Shown here: positions 27,113 through 38,280 of the stretch, in pieces
Layout: each line of letters begins with the position of its first letter
Position numbering within the stretch: the first letter of the stretch is position 1
From: Saccostrea cucullata
Lineage: Eukaryota
Length of the DNA stretch: 64,000 nucleotides
Direction: 5' to 3'
Assembly (NCBI RefSeq): GCF_032062105.1
Contig: NW_026940419.1
Coordinates: 1-64,000, forward strand
Made by a program: the position numbers and the translations under genes
The notes under the pieces: generated by a model
The model's database searches: none
What the model was told of the DNA's origin: nothing
Seen by the model: the letters and a program-made list of their open reading frames with translations, nothing else

Positions 27113-28560
27113 TTATTCCTGACCTCGACCTCTACCAGGATGTGAATCTAGTCTATTTCGTCGACCTTTACCAGGATGTGAATTGAATTTAGCTTGTCGA
27201 CCTCTACCAGGATGTGAATCGAATTTATCTTGTCGACCTCTACCAGGATGTGAATCGAATTTATCTTGTCGACCTCTACCAGGATGTGAATCGAATTTAT
27301 CTTGTCGACCTCTGCCAGGATGTGAATTGAATTTATCTTTTCGACCTCTACCAGGATGTGAATCGAATTTATCTTTTCGACCTCTACCAGGGTGTGAATC
27401 AAATTTATCTTGTCGACCTCTACCAGGATGTGAATCGAATTTATCTTGTCGACCTCTACCAGGATGAGAATCGAATTTATCTTGTCGACCTTTACCAGGA
27501 TGTGAATCGAATTTATCTTGTCGACCTCTACCAGGATGTGAATCGAAATTGTTTTGTCGACCTTTACCAGGATGTGAATTGAATTTTTCGTCTCTCCTTT
27601 ACCAGGATGTGAATTGAATTTGTCGTCTCTCCTCTGACCGGGACGTGAATTTAAGTTATCTCGCGGGCCTTTACCAGGACGAGAATCTGGTTTATCTTTC
27701 CGACCCTTTCCAGGGTGAGAATCGGATTTCTTTGTACCAAGACGAGAAGTTAATTTATCTTTCCCTGTATCCTTTTGACTTTTTGGGTTAACATCCGGTT
27801 TTTCCTGATGACTTCCCGAATTTAACTTGGTTTCCAAGTCACCGATTGCCCATGGGGTAGGAAAATCGCCATTTTCTCCGAAAAAGTGTCGGAATAGGTC
27901 TCTCTCGTTAAATTTCTTTGAATCATTGATTTTCACAGGGCCCTTTTCATTTTTCTCTGAAATATGAGCTTAGTGTTTATTTTCGATACGTATTTTTTTT
28001 CCTTCTAAATTTTAAATCTGAGATTGAAATATTTGATCACATGACAACTATAAATATTCATGTAAATATCAGGTTGAAAATTATTTAAGGAAGCTCTAAA
28101 CACTAACAAGGACTTGGGAGAAAAATATCTGACGTAAAGGTGTACATATTGAGACTTTTTCATCATTTATAAAATAGGCTACCTGCCTTATTCCTGCATG
28201 AAAAATGTTCAAGGACAATGGACTATTTGTGAGCTGAAATCACTGCTGATTACTTACATTGGGAAAATAAATTAAAATACTAGTAATGAGTTAAATTATT
28301 TATTCTTGGTCTTATATAATGTTAAAACATTTTATTTTAATACAAATCGTTTAATTCACAGTAAATTAGTAAATAACTTTTTTTTCAATTTACCATTTTA
28401 GTTGAGCAGAGTTTAGAGCTTTCTTATCGACACTTATATATTACACGTTTTAAATTCATATTTTTAAAAAAAAAAAAAGTAATGGGTCAATTCAGTAATC
28501 ATTAATACCTTGACAAGAAACAAGAATGAGGAAATAAATCAGGAACACAATTCTCCACAT
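27113..28560 (-). CDS. secreted repeat protein 'A' (signal peptide plus 12-aa SHPGRGRQDKFD repeats); apparent 1-nt frameshift at about 27598-27600
   Basis: Exon 28560-28509 encodes MWRIVFLIYFLILVSCQ(G) with a phase-1 GT donor. Exon from 27956 (TTCAG| acceptor) reads EKNEKGPVKIND... The frame-corrected end is ...HPGRGRGQE* with the stop at 27113, about 298 aa. As assembled the ORF shifts to INSIHILVEVDK repeats and stops at 27148. AATAAA at 27001-26996. Confidence 0.72.
27125..27745. repeat. 36-bp coding tandem repeat (about 14 near-perfect plus 3-4 diverged units)
   Basis: ACCAGGATGTGAATCGAATTTATCTTGTCGACCTCT recurs every 36 bp from 27134 to 27566, followed by one 35-bp step to 27601 and then diverged units. 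Confidence 0.95.
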
Positions 28561-28768
28561 TTCCTCTATAACAAGAGGTTACCGTTGTTATGAAGAATAT
28601 TAGAGTTATCTTTCTTTTCCTGCAAAAAATTTTTGAGAATTTTGAGAATTAGATTTATGTTTACATTTTTTGTTATAATGATTGCGACACTATCGTTACA
28701 TTTCTTTATGCTTCTCGGACATTGTCGACTGAATTTATGTATATACTGGTATCTGATAAGAACCCCTC

Positions 28769-29161
28769 GCCCGCGTGACGCAGTGGTTAGAGCGTCTGCT
28801 CACAGGCACTTGTTTCGGGAATGAATTTAACCCATAGTATTATAATGTTATTGTACCACTATGGGTCAAAAATTTATTACAGAAACAAATGCCTGTGCGT
28901 CTTCTCTAGAGTCGCGAAGTAAGGAGTTGATCCTTACGTCGCGGGTTCGAATCTCACTGAGGGATGTGGAGACCGCGATGCTTTAATGACACCGTATAAC
29001 CGAGGTCCTCTGTTGCAGTAGGTGTTGACGCGAAAAAGATCCCTCAAGGCTCAATGGCTCTGAGTGACGAGCATAGGACAAAATTTGCAGCGCTCCAACG
29101 GCAGGTGGTGGCGTCTCCATATGAGTGAAAAATTCTCGAGACAACATACAATCAATCAATC
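28769..29161 (+). mobile_element. tRNA-derived SINE (interrupted by a 97-bp MITE), in intron 1 of gene A
   Basis: A box TGACGCAGTGG (28776), B box GGTTCGAATC (28944). The 3' part GTCTCCATATGAGTGAAAAATTCTCGAG is shared with copies at 53.5, 56.7 and 63.8 kb. (CAAT)n tail. Confidence 0.85.
28801..28897. mobile_element. 97-bp foldback MITE with 8-bp TSD (P- or hAT-type)
   Basis: TIR CACAGGCACTTGTTTC / GAAACAAATGCCTGTG. Inner IR ACCCATAGT / ACTATGGGT. Flanks CGTCTGCT (28793-28800) and CGTCTTCT (28898-28905). Confidence 0.8.
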
Positions 29162-29202
29162 AGTCTGATAAATGCCACTTTTCTTTCACCAATACGGGTA
29201 TT

Positions 29203-29630
29203 TATTATGCGGCCGGATTGATAGATCCGGTACGTTTATTGTTTTTGTCCTGTCTGCCTGATTGTCTGTTTACCTGTTTGTCTGTCTGTCTGTTGTCTAC
29301 TTTAAACTTAGCCATAACTTTTGAACCGTGAGATATAGAGACTTCATATTTCAAATGCATACTCCTCTAATAAAGTTCTTTCAAATAACACCAAGGTCAA
29401 TGACCTTGTGATCTTGACTGTGACCTATATGCTAAAAACTTTCGCCATAAACTTTGAATCAAAGAAGATAGAGACTTCATAGTTAATATGCATACTCCAC
29501 TCATTAAGTTCTCCCAAATGACACCAAGATCAATGACCTTATGACCTTGACTGTGACCTATATGCTGAAAATAGATTTTTCAAACGTTGTTGCCGCCGGG
29601 CGCATAGTGTTTCACAAACACATCTTGTTT
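29203..29630 (+). mobile_element. HINE-type element with (CTGT)n microsatellite and two ~130-bp internal repeats
   Basis: 5' stem-loop CCGGAT..ATCCGG and TGTC microsatellite. Duplicated ...GATAGAGACTTCATA...CAATGACCTT.TGACCTTGACTGTGACC... unit. 3' palindrome GTGTTTCACAAACAC followed by a T-run. Confidence 0.7.
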
Positions 29631-30074
29631 TAAAATGTTCTTAGCATAAAATTACCCGCTGTATGATTTGTAGCTTTGGTAGATATTGTTTCCAGAATAT
29701 AATTACACTATAAATGAAAGCATTTACTTTGAACAGCCGACAATGGATAGACAATAAAATGAAAGGGAGGGGATCCACTAAAACTGCCTGTACCGTAAGA
29801 AAGTACGATATATTTTGTCATTAATCTCTACACAAAAAGTAACTATTGTAACGCAATATTTATGATGAATATATTGCAGAAAATTCTTAATAAGTGTCGG
29901 AAACACTACTTTATTATAATGTAATCTTTGAAAACTCGAGAATCTAGTATGGAAGTAAGTACTATGCTTTGAATATTGTAAATTTCTGGTTTCTGGTTTA
30001 CAAACATATTAGGTTGTTTGTACTTTTTTTAAAAGACAATTTTTTTGAAAAAATAAAAAGGTAAAGAATCTTAC

Positions 30075-30142
30075 CTGCTCAAAAATCCTGCATTTAGGCC
30101 TTGTGTTATTAAAACCACAGTTAGAGAAATTTGATATTTATA
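30075..30142 (-). promoter_or_regulatory. TATA box and non-coding first exon of gene A
   Basis: TATAAATA at 30142-30135, donor CAG|GTAAG at 30075. Same layout as genes B, C and D. Confidence 0.5.
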
Positions 30143-30256
30143 AGAAAACTGTGGGTGTCAGTCGTGGCCTAGTCACACCTAGTTACATATCACTTCATGC
30201 TAATTATATGTTTTGTTGTGTTTCATGCATATTTAATGCAGATAAAAACAATACTC

Positions 30257-30595
30257 TAGGCCATCATTAAAAAAATTGTTTTTTGGAATTGCCGCCTGAA
30301 GGGTTTCAGATACAGGAGGGAGGGAGGGAAATTATTATTTTTTTAATTGAAGATAAATTTTAAATTTTTGATAAAAATCTCAGTAAACAGTAAATACAAT
30401 TTCTGACTTTTAAGATCTGACACTATATTTCAGCGTTTTGTATGGTGCATGTGATACATGTAAGGGGCAACAACATTGATTAAATAGAAGAAAAAAAAAT
30501 CTTCCTACTTTTGGTCAATAACATTTTTTTCAGGAGGGGGCATTTCAATGAGGCTGGAGGCAATTCCAAACAAACTAAATTTTATTTTGGCCCTA
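30257..30595. mobile_element. MITE with imperfect TAGGCCA...TTGGAATTGC terminal inverted repeats
   Basis: Left TAGGCCA..AAAAAAATTGTTTTTTGGAATTGC, right GCAATTCCAAACAAACTAAATTTTATTTTGGCCCTA. Confidence 0.55.
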
Positions 30596-30729
30596 TTAGA
30601 TTGTTTATTACAGGCCCAAGGAAGCGGTCGTTACATGTACGTATTCATGTAGATTTGCGCTTGTGTTTTGTATTTTAGAGAGAGAAGGGGGGTTGATGAA
30701 AAACTAGTACTTTTCGTTCTAAGTGCATT

Positions 30730-31140
30730 AGAGGTGGGATCAGGTGCCTTAAAGTAAAGCATCGCCTTCATAATGGATAACAACCGCCGTGTGGTACTTG
30801 TTCATAATCGAGAGAAAAAAATCTGTCAAACATTCTGTTTGTAAATAATATTCTATCAATATTAGTAGGAAAAACGTCAGTCAGCATTTGACTTATTAGT
30901 GATAGATTTCCTTTGCTTACAAGGTCATTGTATAAACGAGTCCGCAGGTGTGAATCATCTACTTATTTGTGTCAAAAGCTTGCCTGAGTTGCGTCGTTTT
31001 AAGAAATTGTACGTACATGTAGAGCATAATCTTGCATATTTAGTCATCTGGAAGACAAAATTCAAATTCTTTAAAACAGGTGTGTCATATTGCGTGGTAT
31101 CTTTTATTTTAATTTCACTGTACGTAACAGGCATATCTTC
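30730..31140 (-). mobile_element. highly decayed Penelope-like retroelement fragment
   Basis: GAGGTGGGATCAGGTGCC...CCGCCGTG and AAAACGTCAGTCAGCATTTGAC...CAAGGTCATTGTAT blocks are shared with the 42 kb and 45 kb copies. Confidence 0.55.
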
Positions 31141-31673
31141 GGGATCGGTGTCAAAAACTACCTTGTTTTATAATTGTGGCTCTTTGCATGCAGATGCTCC
31201 GCCTTGCAGTGTCCTTGTTATGATATTTACAACTAACGACATTTCCAACAGAACTATAGTTGTTGTGTGAAGAACTTGAACACGTAGGAGGATTATATTT
31301 CATATGTTTAATGTCTGTGTCCTCTACAAAAACTTGAATTTTTCAATTAAAATTTGTAAAATTTAAATTTTTGTAGAGTACATAAGCACTGAATGATTTT
31401 TTTTGTAGTTGAAAGGTGTTGAAGCGATATTGAAAACTATGCTCGATAACTTACATGTTTGAAAAATATTAAACATTTGGATAATTAACGCAAACGCTTT
31501 TAGTTGATATTGAAGACAAGGAATCCTTTATTTTATGAGCAAAATTTACGAAAACATGGTATAGTAGTCATATACCTCATTGTTAAAATGAGCAATGCAA
31601 TGTTCTAAATAAATCAAGGTCTTTCATCTTCGACGGAAGACCTTTCTGTTATTAATAGGTTTCTTTTCCACAG

Positions 31674-32248
31674 TTTTTAGCTCTACTGGTCAGAGACCAG
31701 AGGAGCTTATACGATAGTAATGCGTTCGGCGTCCGTCCGTCTGTCTGTCTGTAAGCAATTTGTCAAAATGCTACTCCTCCTACAGTTACAATATAACTTG
31801 GCAACAAATACACAAGTAGACTACAATAAGATACATAATTTTGTATATCGATTTTTGATTTTGATGAACGGTGTTGCCATGGTTACTAAAAATAGAAATT
31901 TCTGTGAAATACTTTCAAAATGCTACTCTTCCTATAGTTTTGGTCTGATTTCATTATAATTTGGCACACAAGTAGACTATACTAATAACATAATTCCGTG
32001 TATTGGTTTAGGATTTCATTGAATGATGTTGCCATGGTTGCTAAATTTGAAAATACTGTAAAAGTTTATTTAAAACTACTCTTACAGCTGTAATCTTATT
32101 GCAGTATCTTGCCACAAAAAGAGCTCAATCAAGCATCATTATTCTATTTATTGCTGTTGTAAAGTTTCAAGTCCCAACTGCTTCTTTTCTATTCATTTGT
32201 TATTAGTACAGACCAGTAGAGCTTCAGTCTCGACAGAGACTTCTGGTT
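31674..32248 (-). mobile_element. second, shorter copy of the pearl/CvA-like element (about 2.5 core repeats)
   Basis: Reverse complement of the 2626-3656 termini: TTTTTAGCTCTACTGGTCAGAGACCAG... and ...ACCAGTAGAGCTTCAGTCTCGACAGAGACTTCTGGT. Same microsatellite and core. Confidence 0.88.
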
Positions 32249-32433
32249 ATTATTTGTTTTCTGACATAAATTTGTGCACATTCTCGTTAACAGCTTGCTC
32301 GATTTTCATGAAACGTTCAGGACTGATAGAGCATAAAAAAAAAACTAGACATATAGTTTTTGTTTTAATGACGTAACTTTCGGTTCCGAGATTTTTGCAT
32401 TTGAATGAATTTTTCGGGGGTTAGTTTGTCCGC

Positions 32434-32464
<31 letters not shown>

Positions 32465-33140
32465 AACTTGAGTTTTTCAGCAATGATAGAACATTATACT
32501 ATAGTGTACATGTAGATGTGACATACGTATTTCATTTTCACCGGAATTACTGCACGCCGACGCTCGCTATGGTTCGAAAAAAGGCATATGGAGAATTTTT
32601 AAATTTCTTACACTTTTTCAATGATATCTTTTTACCTAGAAACTAATCAATATACGCCTACACTCAGCAACTTTTCAAAATAAAACTTTCAAATTGTATT
32701 CACAGAAGAAAAAAGAAAAGAAAAGAATGAAAATATGCTAACAACCTCAATGTTCTATTTGTTTTGTTTTCTTGTTTGTGTCTTTACACAACATTTATAA
32801 CATGCTACTAGCTGGCTCTAATATGATAGATCGTCATTGATTTTTAGGTTAAGGGTCCCGCTACCAAAGTCCGAGGAAAAAAGTAAGGTTAATATTGTTT
32901 CAGTAACTAGGTGTATATAAATTTTTTTTAAATAATTGAACCGTTTTTGTTCACACAAACCATTCCTTGCAACTTTCATTATGTAATATGTCTATGATCT
33001 ATCGAAGAAGAGGTAGCTATAGTTTGAGAATTTGTTTTCCTATCATCACTGTTAAGCTTGACCTAGTAGGAAATATAAAGTATCTGTCATCTGTTACTCC
33101 TCTATTTACATACATTAAAAGATCGATAAAAAAGATTTTT

Positions 33141-33525
33141 GGCACTCGGAGTTCCTCGGATGACTCGTACCTCGCACATAACCTCGGACGTCAACGGTGA
33201 TCTACCATCTTGCTGATTCAGTCATGTGATCTTATTTGAAATTCTTTCAAATTTCATACATTTGAAATCAAAGTTAATTTGTGGCACACGCAACAGTTTT
33301 TTCTTGCTTTCAAAGCATATTAACTTGAGGCTGTAATCAAAACCTGTCTACGATCAAGAATTGTACAAATTAAGAAACATTTTCGAAGAACGTTATGCAG
33401 AGCGCAATATGAAATGAGTGATAAGGCAGTTTCCGGCGGAGAAATGTAAGGATCTGATGCGTATTCCTCCACTAATCACATCCGAGGTTTGAATGGAGCG
33501 TAGCGGAGTCAGCCGAGGATTGCCG
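33141..33525. mobile_element. putative MITE with ~45-bp imperfect TIRs
   Basis: CCTCGGATGACTC...AACCTCGGACGT at left versus ACATCCGAGGTT...GAGTCAGCCGAGG at right. Confidence 0.45.
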
Positions 33526-33618
33526 ATTGGATTTTTGGTGTCAAGGTGTCAACAACATAAATCCTCGACTCACTCACCCCTCGGGCAGTTGAACGTTACA
33601 CTTGCTGATGTATAGTAT

Positions 33619-34075
33619 TATTAGTCCTCTACCGGTGAAATCGGAGGGGACTATAGGTTTCCTCTGAGTCTGTCTGTTACGCTTTGGGGCCCATCTATTA
33701 TCCGCAACTCTTCTACCACTGGATGAAATTGATAAGAATTTCACAGAATCTTTGTTACTAATATATATATATAGTGCTATTATGTACATCCTATTTTACA
33801 TTTTGATCAGATACATATTTTGGGTATCCCAGAGCAAACCATGAACATGGCCATTCTGTCTAAAATATTAAATGGTACCTATCTGTTATCCGCAACTCCT
33901 CCTATACCACTGAATAAAATCTAACGATACTAGTACTTTCACAGATGCTTTATCAAATGCCATTGTGCACCTCCTATTTTACCTTTTGATATGACACTAT
34001 TTTCGGGTCATCCAACGCAAAACACGGGACTTTGCCCTTATAACCAGAAGGGAGGCGATGTATCATTTAGTGTAT
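33619..34075 (+). mobile_element. HINE-like element; related fragments in both orientations at about 36375-36575 (-) and 36885-37080 (+)
   Basis: 5' stem-loop TAGTCCTCT.CCGGT..ATCGGAGGGGACTA and CTGT microsatellite. The unit TTATCCGCAACTC(C/T)TCT..ACCACTG.ATGAAAT is repeated twice here and again at 36.4-37.0 kb. Confidence 0.55.
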
Positions 34076-34811
34076 CTATTTTTTTTTTATTAAGTCCTGC
34101 TTTAGATGAAATTAAAAATTGTTGGCTAGTGAAGGGGCACAATGAGTGTCTTATCTCTATAAGCGAAAACCAGAAATCCAAGTTAATGAATCAGATGAAA
34201 ATGGTCTAAAAAATTTTTAAGCAGTTTTACTTTGTTGTATTCTCTTCTGTTCTAGTTTTTTTTATTCTCTTGAAATTTTGACAGCTATAACTTCCATATG
34301 TATATAAGGATAAATTCAGTAAGATTTTTCATTGTGGTGATTTTGAAGTCGCATAGAATGAATAGTTGGTTAAACCATGCATGTTCTCAAGATATGACAA
34401 TTTTTAGATGTACCTGAGTACGACGTACGGCTATAACCTAAAGAACAAATCTCACACTTGAAAATTATTGTATCATTTTATTCAAGAGGGTGACATTTAA
34501 GGCAGGGAGAAAAACATGATTTTTAATACAGCTAGAGAAATATAAAATGAAGTCCCATTTTACAACTAATACACATGTATCACCCTTTTTATAAGCTCAT
34601 TTCCCCTGCTTTTCAATATCATTTTATATATTAACCAGGCGGCAAGTACCAAAGTTTTCATTATTTTTAGCAATATCCTTAAATATAACTAATTTTATGA
34701 AAGAGTTCTGTTCAGTGGCTGAATTTGATCCCAATTCCGTTATCTTTCCCTTGTCAGAACTAGTTTCAAACGTGTTCTGGTGTGTTTTTCTCATATTATT
34801 ACTTTGCTCAA

Positions 34812-35714
34812 TTACATTGGTCCATCTGTTCTCTTTCCAAACATTTTCATTATATTCCTTCGGAGTTTCTCTTGAATTTTTCTTTGAATAGCGCGGAATT
34901 TTCTCCAGTTCTTCCTTCGTAGTCTTATGTAAGTTCCTTTTGGTTTGCTGTTGTTGACACTGGGAAAAAATTGACTAGCTGTATCTTTATCTACATTTGA
35001 TTCTGGTGGATCATAGTTTTTTTGAGTATCATTCTTTGATAAATTTTCCACTCCTTTCGCTTTTGGTGTAGTTAATTTGAGGTTTTTGGAAAGACTGGAT
35101 TCTTCCTTCTTATATGTTTGGTTCTGCATTGTGCCACTGTCTTTTTGTTTCCAGTTCTTTGTTCTACCGAGTTGACGCGTAAACACTGGAGATGGACAAT
35201 AAAACATGCATTTCATTAATTACCCATCAAAGGATTAGATTAATAGAAAATTAATTTAAATTTGTTCAAAATATAATCTTTTAAATAATAAAATGTGTAC
35301 GTGTTTCTGCAAATCGGTTTCTTCTTCCAATGTTTAATTTGGATTTTAAAGCATCCCCCTGTTCTCTTCTTCCAACAGGATGCGAGAACTTAAGAGATTC
35401 TAAAAGAAAGGACATTATTTTCAACAGTGTTTACAAATCAATTATCTGAAGACATATTCAAAGAATTTCCACCATTATAATATTTACTTATTCTGTCATT
35501 CTTTTCTTTTCCATTTTCAGCAGCTGTGTCAGATACCACAGAATCTAAAATTACACGCAGAGGACAACTGTTGTAAAGGTCCATGAAAACTTAAAACTCA
35601 GAATTTTTTTCAGTTCTGACATATTTTTTTTATCCACTTTAAACTGTATTAAGTACCTTTGGAGTAGACAAAGATGATGCACTGCGAATACAGAATTATT
35701 ACCCATGTTCTCAT
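34812..35714 (-). CDS. secreted Lys/Asn/Ser-rich protein 'B' with a basic C-terminal helix; 195 aa as assembled
   Basis: Four coding exons 35714-35657 (MRTWVIILYSQCIIFVYSK), 35544-35488, 35399-35301 and 35185-34812. All introns are GT-AG and phase 1, with internal exons of 57 and 99 nt. Ends RLRRKNWRKFRAIQRKIQEKLRRNIMKMFGKRTDGPM*. Confidence 0.68.
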
Positions 35715-35972
35715 TATGCCTACAAAGAAGACATGGTTATTTATACATATACATTCACTTTTTCTTAGATCAAAAAGCATTAAAATCAATTTATTTAAAC
35801 CAGTTTAACTCTGAATTTATATATTCATTAAATTCATTAAATTATCTCTCTTACATGTTTCAAGAAATATTCGTTGTTTTTAAAGCGTGTCGAGCATGTT
35901 ATGTTATCGATGTATGGAAGTTTTTAAATCTACAAGATTGGATATGACTTAGAAATTAACTCATTAACTTAC

Positions 35973-36041
35973 CTTTCTTTCGTGTGATTTCCTATATAGG
36001 TACGAAAAGATTGATCCTGCAAAAAATATAACTACTTTATA
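35973..36041 (-). promoter_or_regulatory. TATA box and non-coding first exon of gene B
   Basis: TATAAA at 36041-36036, donor AAG|GTAAGT at 35973. Confidence 0.5.
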
Positions 36042-38280
36042 TGAGAGCCGAGGGTGTTTTGACTTGGTCACATTTTGATCAATGACTTTGTCAGTTTTGT
36101 CATATGTTAATTAAGACGTTACTGGTTTTATACGAACGTGCATAACTAATAATAAATGTTGCGAAAATATCAATTAAAACAAAACGGGGGATATTGTGGG
36201 CAATGGCCTCACTAAATAATACCCCTGTCTGCCAAATGTTTATTAAGGCAGCAAAGCCTATGTTTTGCACTGAAAGATCTGAAATGAGAGTAAGATCAAA
36301 AAATAAAATAAGAGATGCAAAATGGCTTTATGTAATAAAGAATCTTTGAAAGTATCATTATATTTTATTCAATGGTATAGGAGGAGTTGCGGATAAGAGA
36401 TGGGTACCCTTCAATATTACAGAAAGAATTGCCGTGCTCATGCTTTACTCTGGATACCCAAAATATGTGTCTGATCAAAAGGTAAACTAAGAGGTCACTA
36501 TGGCACTGTATAACAAAGACTCTCAGAGAGTCTCAATAAATTTCATTCAGTGGTAGAGGAGGAGTTGCAGATGAGATATGTAACCCCCCGGGCATATGTA
36601 ACCCCCCGATCACTACATACCCTCCCACTTTTTCAAGCTGGGGGGGGGGGGTGTATAAATATTGCGAAAATATCGATAAAAATAAAATCAAAAGGACGGA
36701 TAAGAAAGTCCACAAATTTGCTTTAAAGTCACGGAGTAAGGAGTTGACCTTTACATAGTGTGTTCAAATCCTACTTCGGGACGTGGACCTTCTATTTTTT
36801 TACTTTTTATCCGACACATTTTTTTTGGGTGCCCCATAGCTAAACACGTACACTGTCATTCTTACAGTGTACTACAATACTGAAGGGTACCCATCTCTTA
36901 TCCGCAACTCCTTCTATACCACTGAATGAAATTAAATGAGACTTTCACAGATTCTTTTTACGTAGTGCCATGTCCACCTCATTTTCGAGTTTTTGATAAT
37001 TTATTTCGGGTCTCCCGAGGCAAAACATGAACATTGACATTATAAAGAAATGGGAGGTGAGGGTATCATTTTGTGAGCTCATTCATGTTTACCTAAAATT
37101 CCATAAACAAAAGAGCTTTGTGCCTTTGAAGAGCTTTATTAAGATGCAAATGACTTTGAGTGTTCTTGAACTAGAACTCGTAGTAATTTGAATAATGATG
37201 AATCTTACCATCAGTTAGTGATGAATTTGTGTCAAAACTATCTGTCGATATATCTTCAAACGAAAATATGCCACTATGTCACACATTGCTTCATTTAGCT
37301 CGAGGGGTATTAAGGAAATCTAGACACTGGACAGAAGTGAAAATTTTTCATCAATTATCATTCATTTACTTGCCTCAAGTTAGATTTTTGTCAGCATTAA
37401 ACCGATTTTTAACAGCATAACTGTACTAATAAAATATCTGTCATATCTATTATGAAAGATATTTATGGTGTAGAAAATATAACCTTGAAACTAGACAAAA
37501 ACTTCAATCAAAATCATCGAAGATTATGCACATCGAACCTATGGAAAAGCTTTGTATTCTGTTGTTAATCTAAACATTGTACAACTAATAGTCTTCAAAC
37601 AAAGAACACAAAGTTACTTCAGAGAAATGTATTGTATTAATTTAACCTCTTTATTAAGATCTTTACCAGTTTGTTTTTTTTCAAAGAAAATGTGCAAGTT
37701 ATAAAAATGTAATCACATCTGATAAATACCTTTGAAAGGTAAGCTGAATTATCAATACCAATTCAAAAGTCTGCCATACAATTGGTTAATGTATTGATCA
37801 TACATAAGACACAGTTATCATTGAATATGTTTCAGTTTATTTAGAACATGTACCTTACAGTCCTTCCTTTCCAGTCATGCCTTTTCTGCCATTAATTCAA
37901 TATTAATCACAATAGTTCCCAGTAACGCATTAGTATAATGCAACTTATATCTCAGAAAAATTGCATAGCTAAATACATCATGTCCTTGGACAAAAATTAA
38001 TTTCATTTGAATAAATTACTTTTATGCATTGTCATTTCGTAGACCAGTAAATATATACACTTGTGTAATCGATATCTTTGTCTTGTTCCATAAGTCACTT
38101 GCAACATTTTAACAAAATTGAAACTTGTAGCACTGACACAAAACGTAAATTGCAATGAAAAGCACAAAACGAAGCAAAACACATAAAATTTTGGATTTCG
38201 CCTTAAGTGCGTCTTTGGATCTACTGACCAAGACAGTTACACGTAGTCAAAGGAAGTTTGTTGGCGTCCATTTGTTTCCA

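Noticed and set aside
27183-27582. Plus-strand ORFs (CESNLSCRPLPG)n and (VNRIYLVDLYQD)n
   Set aside because: Shadow frames of a stop-free tandem repeat. No start or splice context, and the synonymous bias favours the minus-strand SHPG frame.
27125-27600. Homology of Q...HP-G repeats to the TRH precursor (pQHP-amide)
   Set aside because: The resemblance is only three residues, KR/RR flanks are lacking, and protostome TRH-type peptides are of the EFLG-amide type.
27125-27610. CRISPR-like 36-bp repeats
   Set aside because: Units are head-to-tail with no unique spacers, there are no cas genes, the context is eukaryotic, and the variation pattern is that of a coding repeat.
28769-28960. tRNA gene
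   Set aside because: A and B boxes are present but are followed by a SINE body and tail, are interrupted by a MITE, and give no clean cloverleaf.
30899-31270. 123-aa ORF
   Set aside because: Antisense to decayed Penelope-like sequence, with no domain or splice support.
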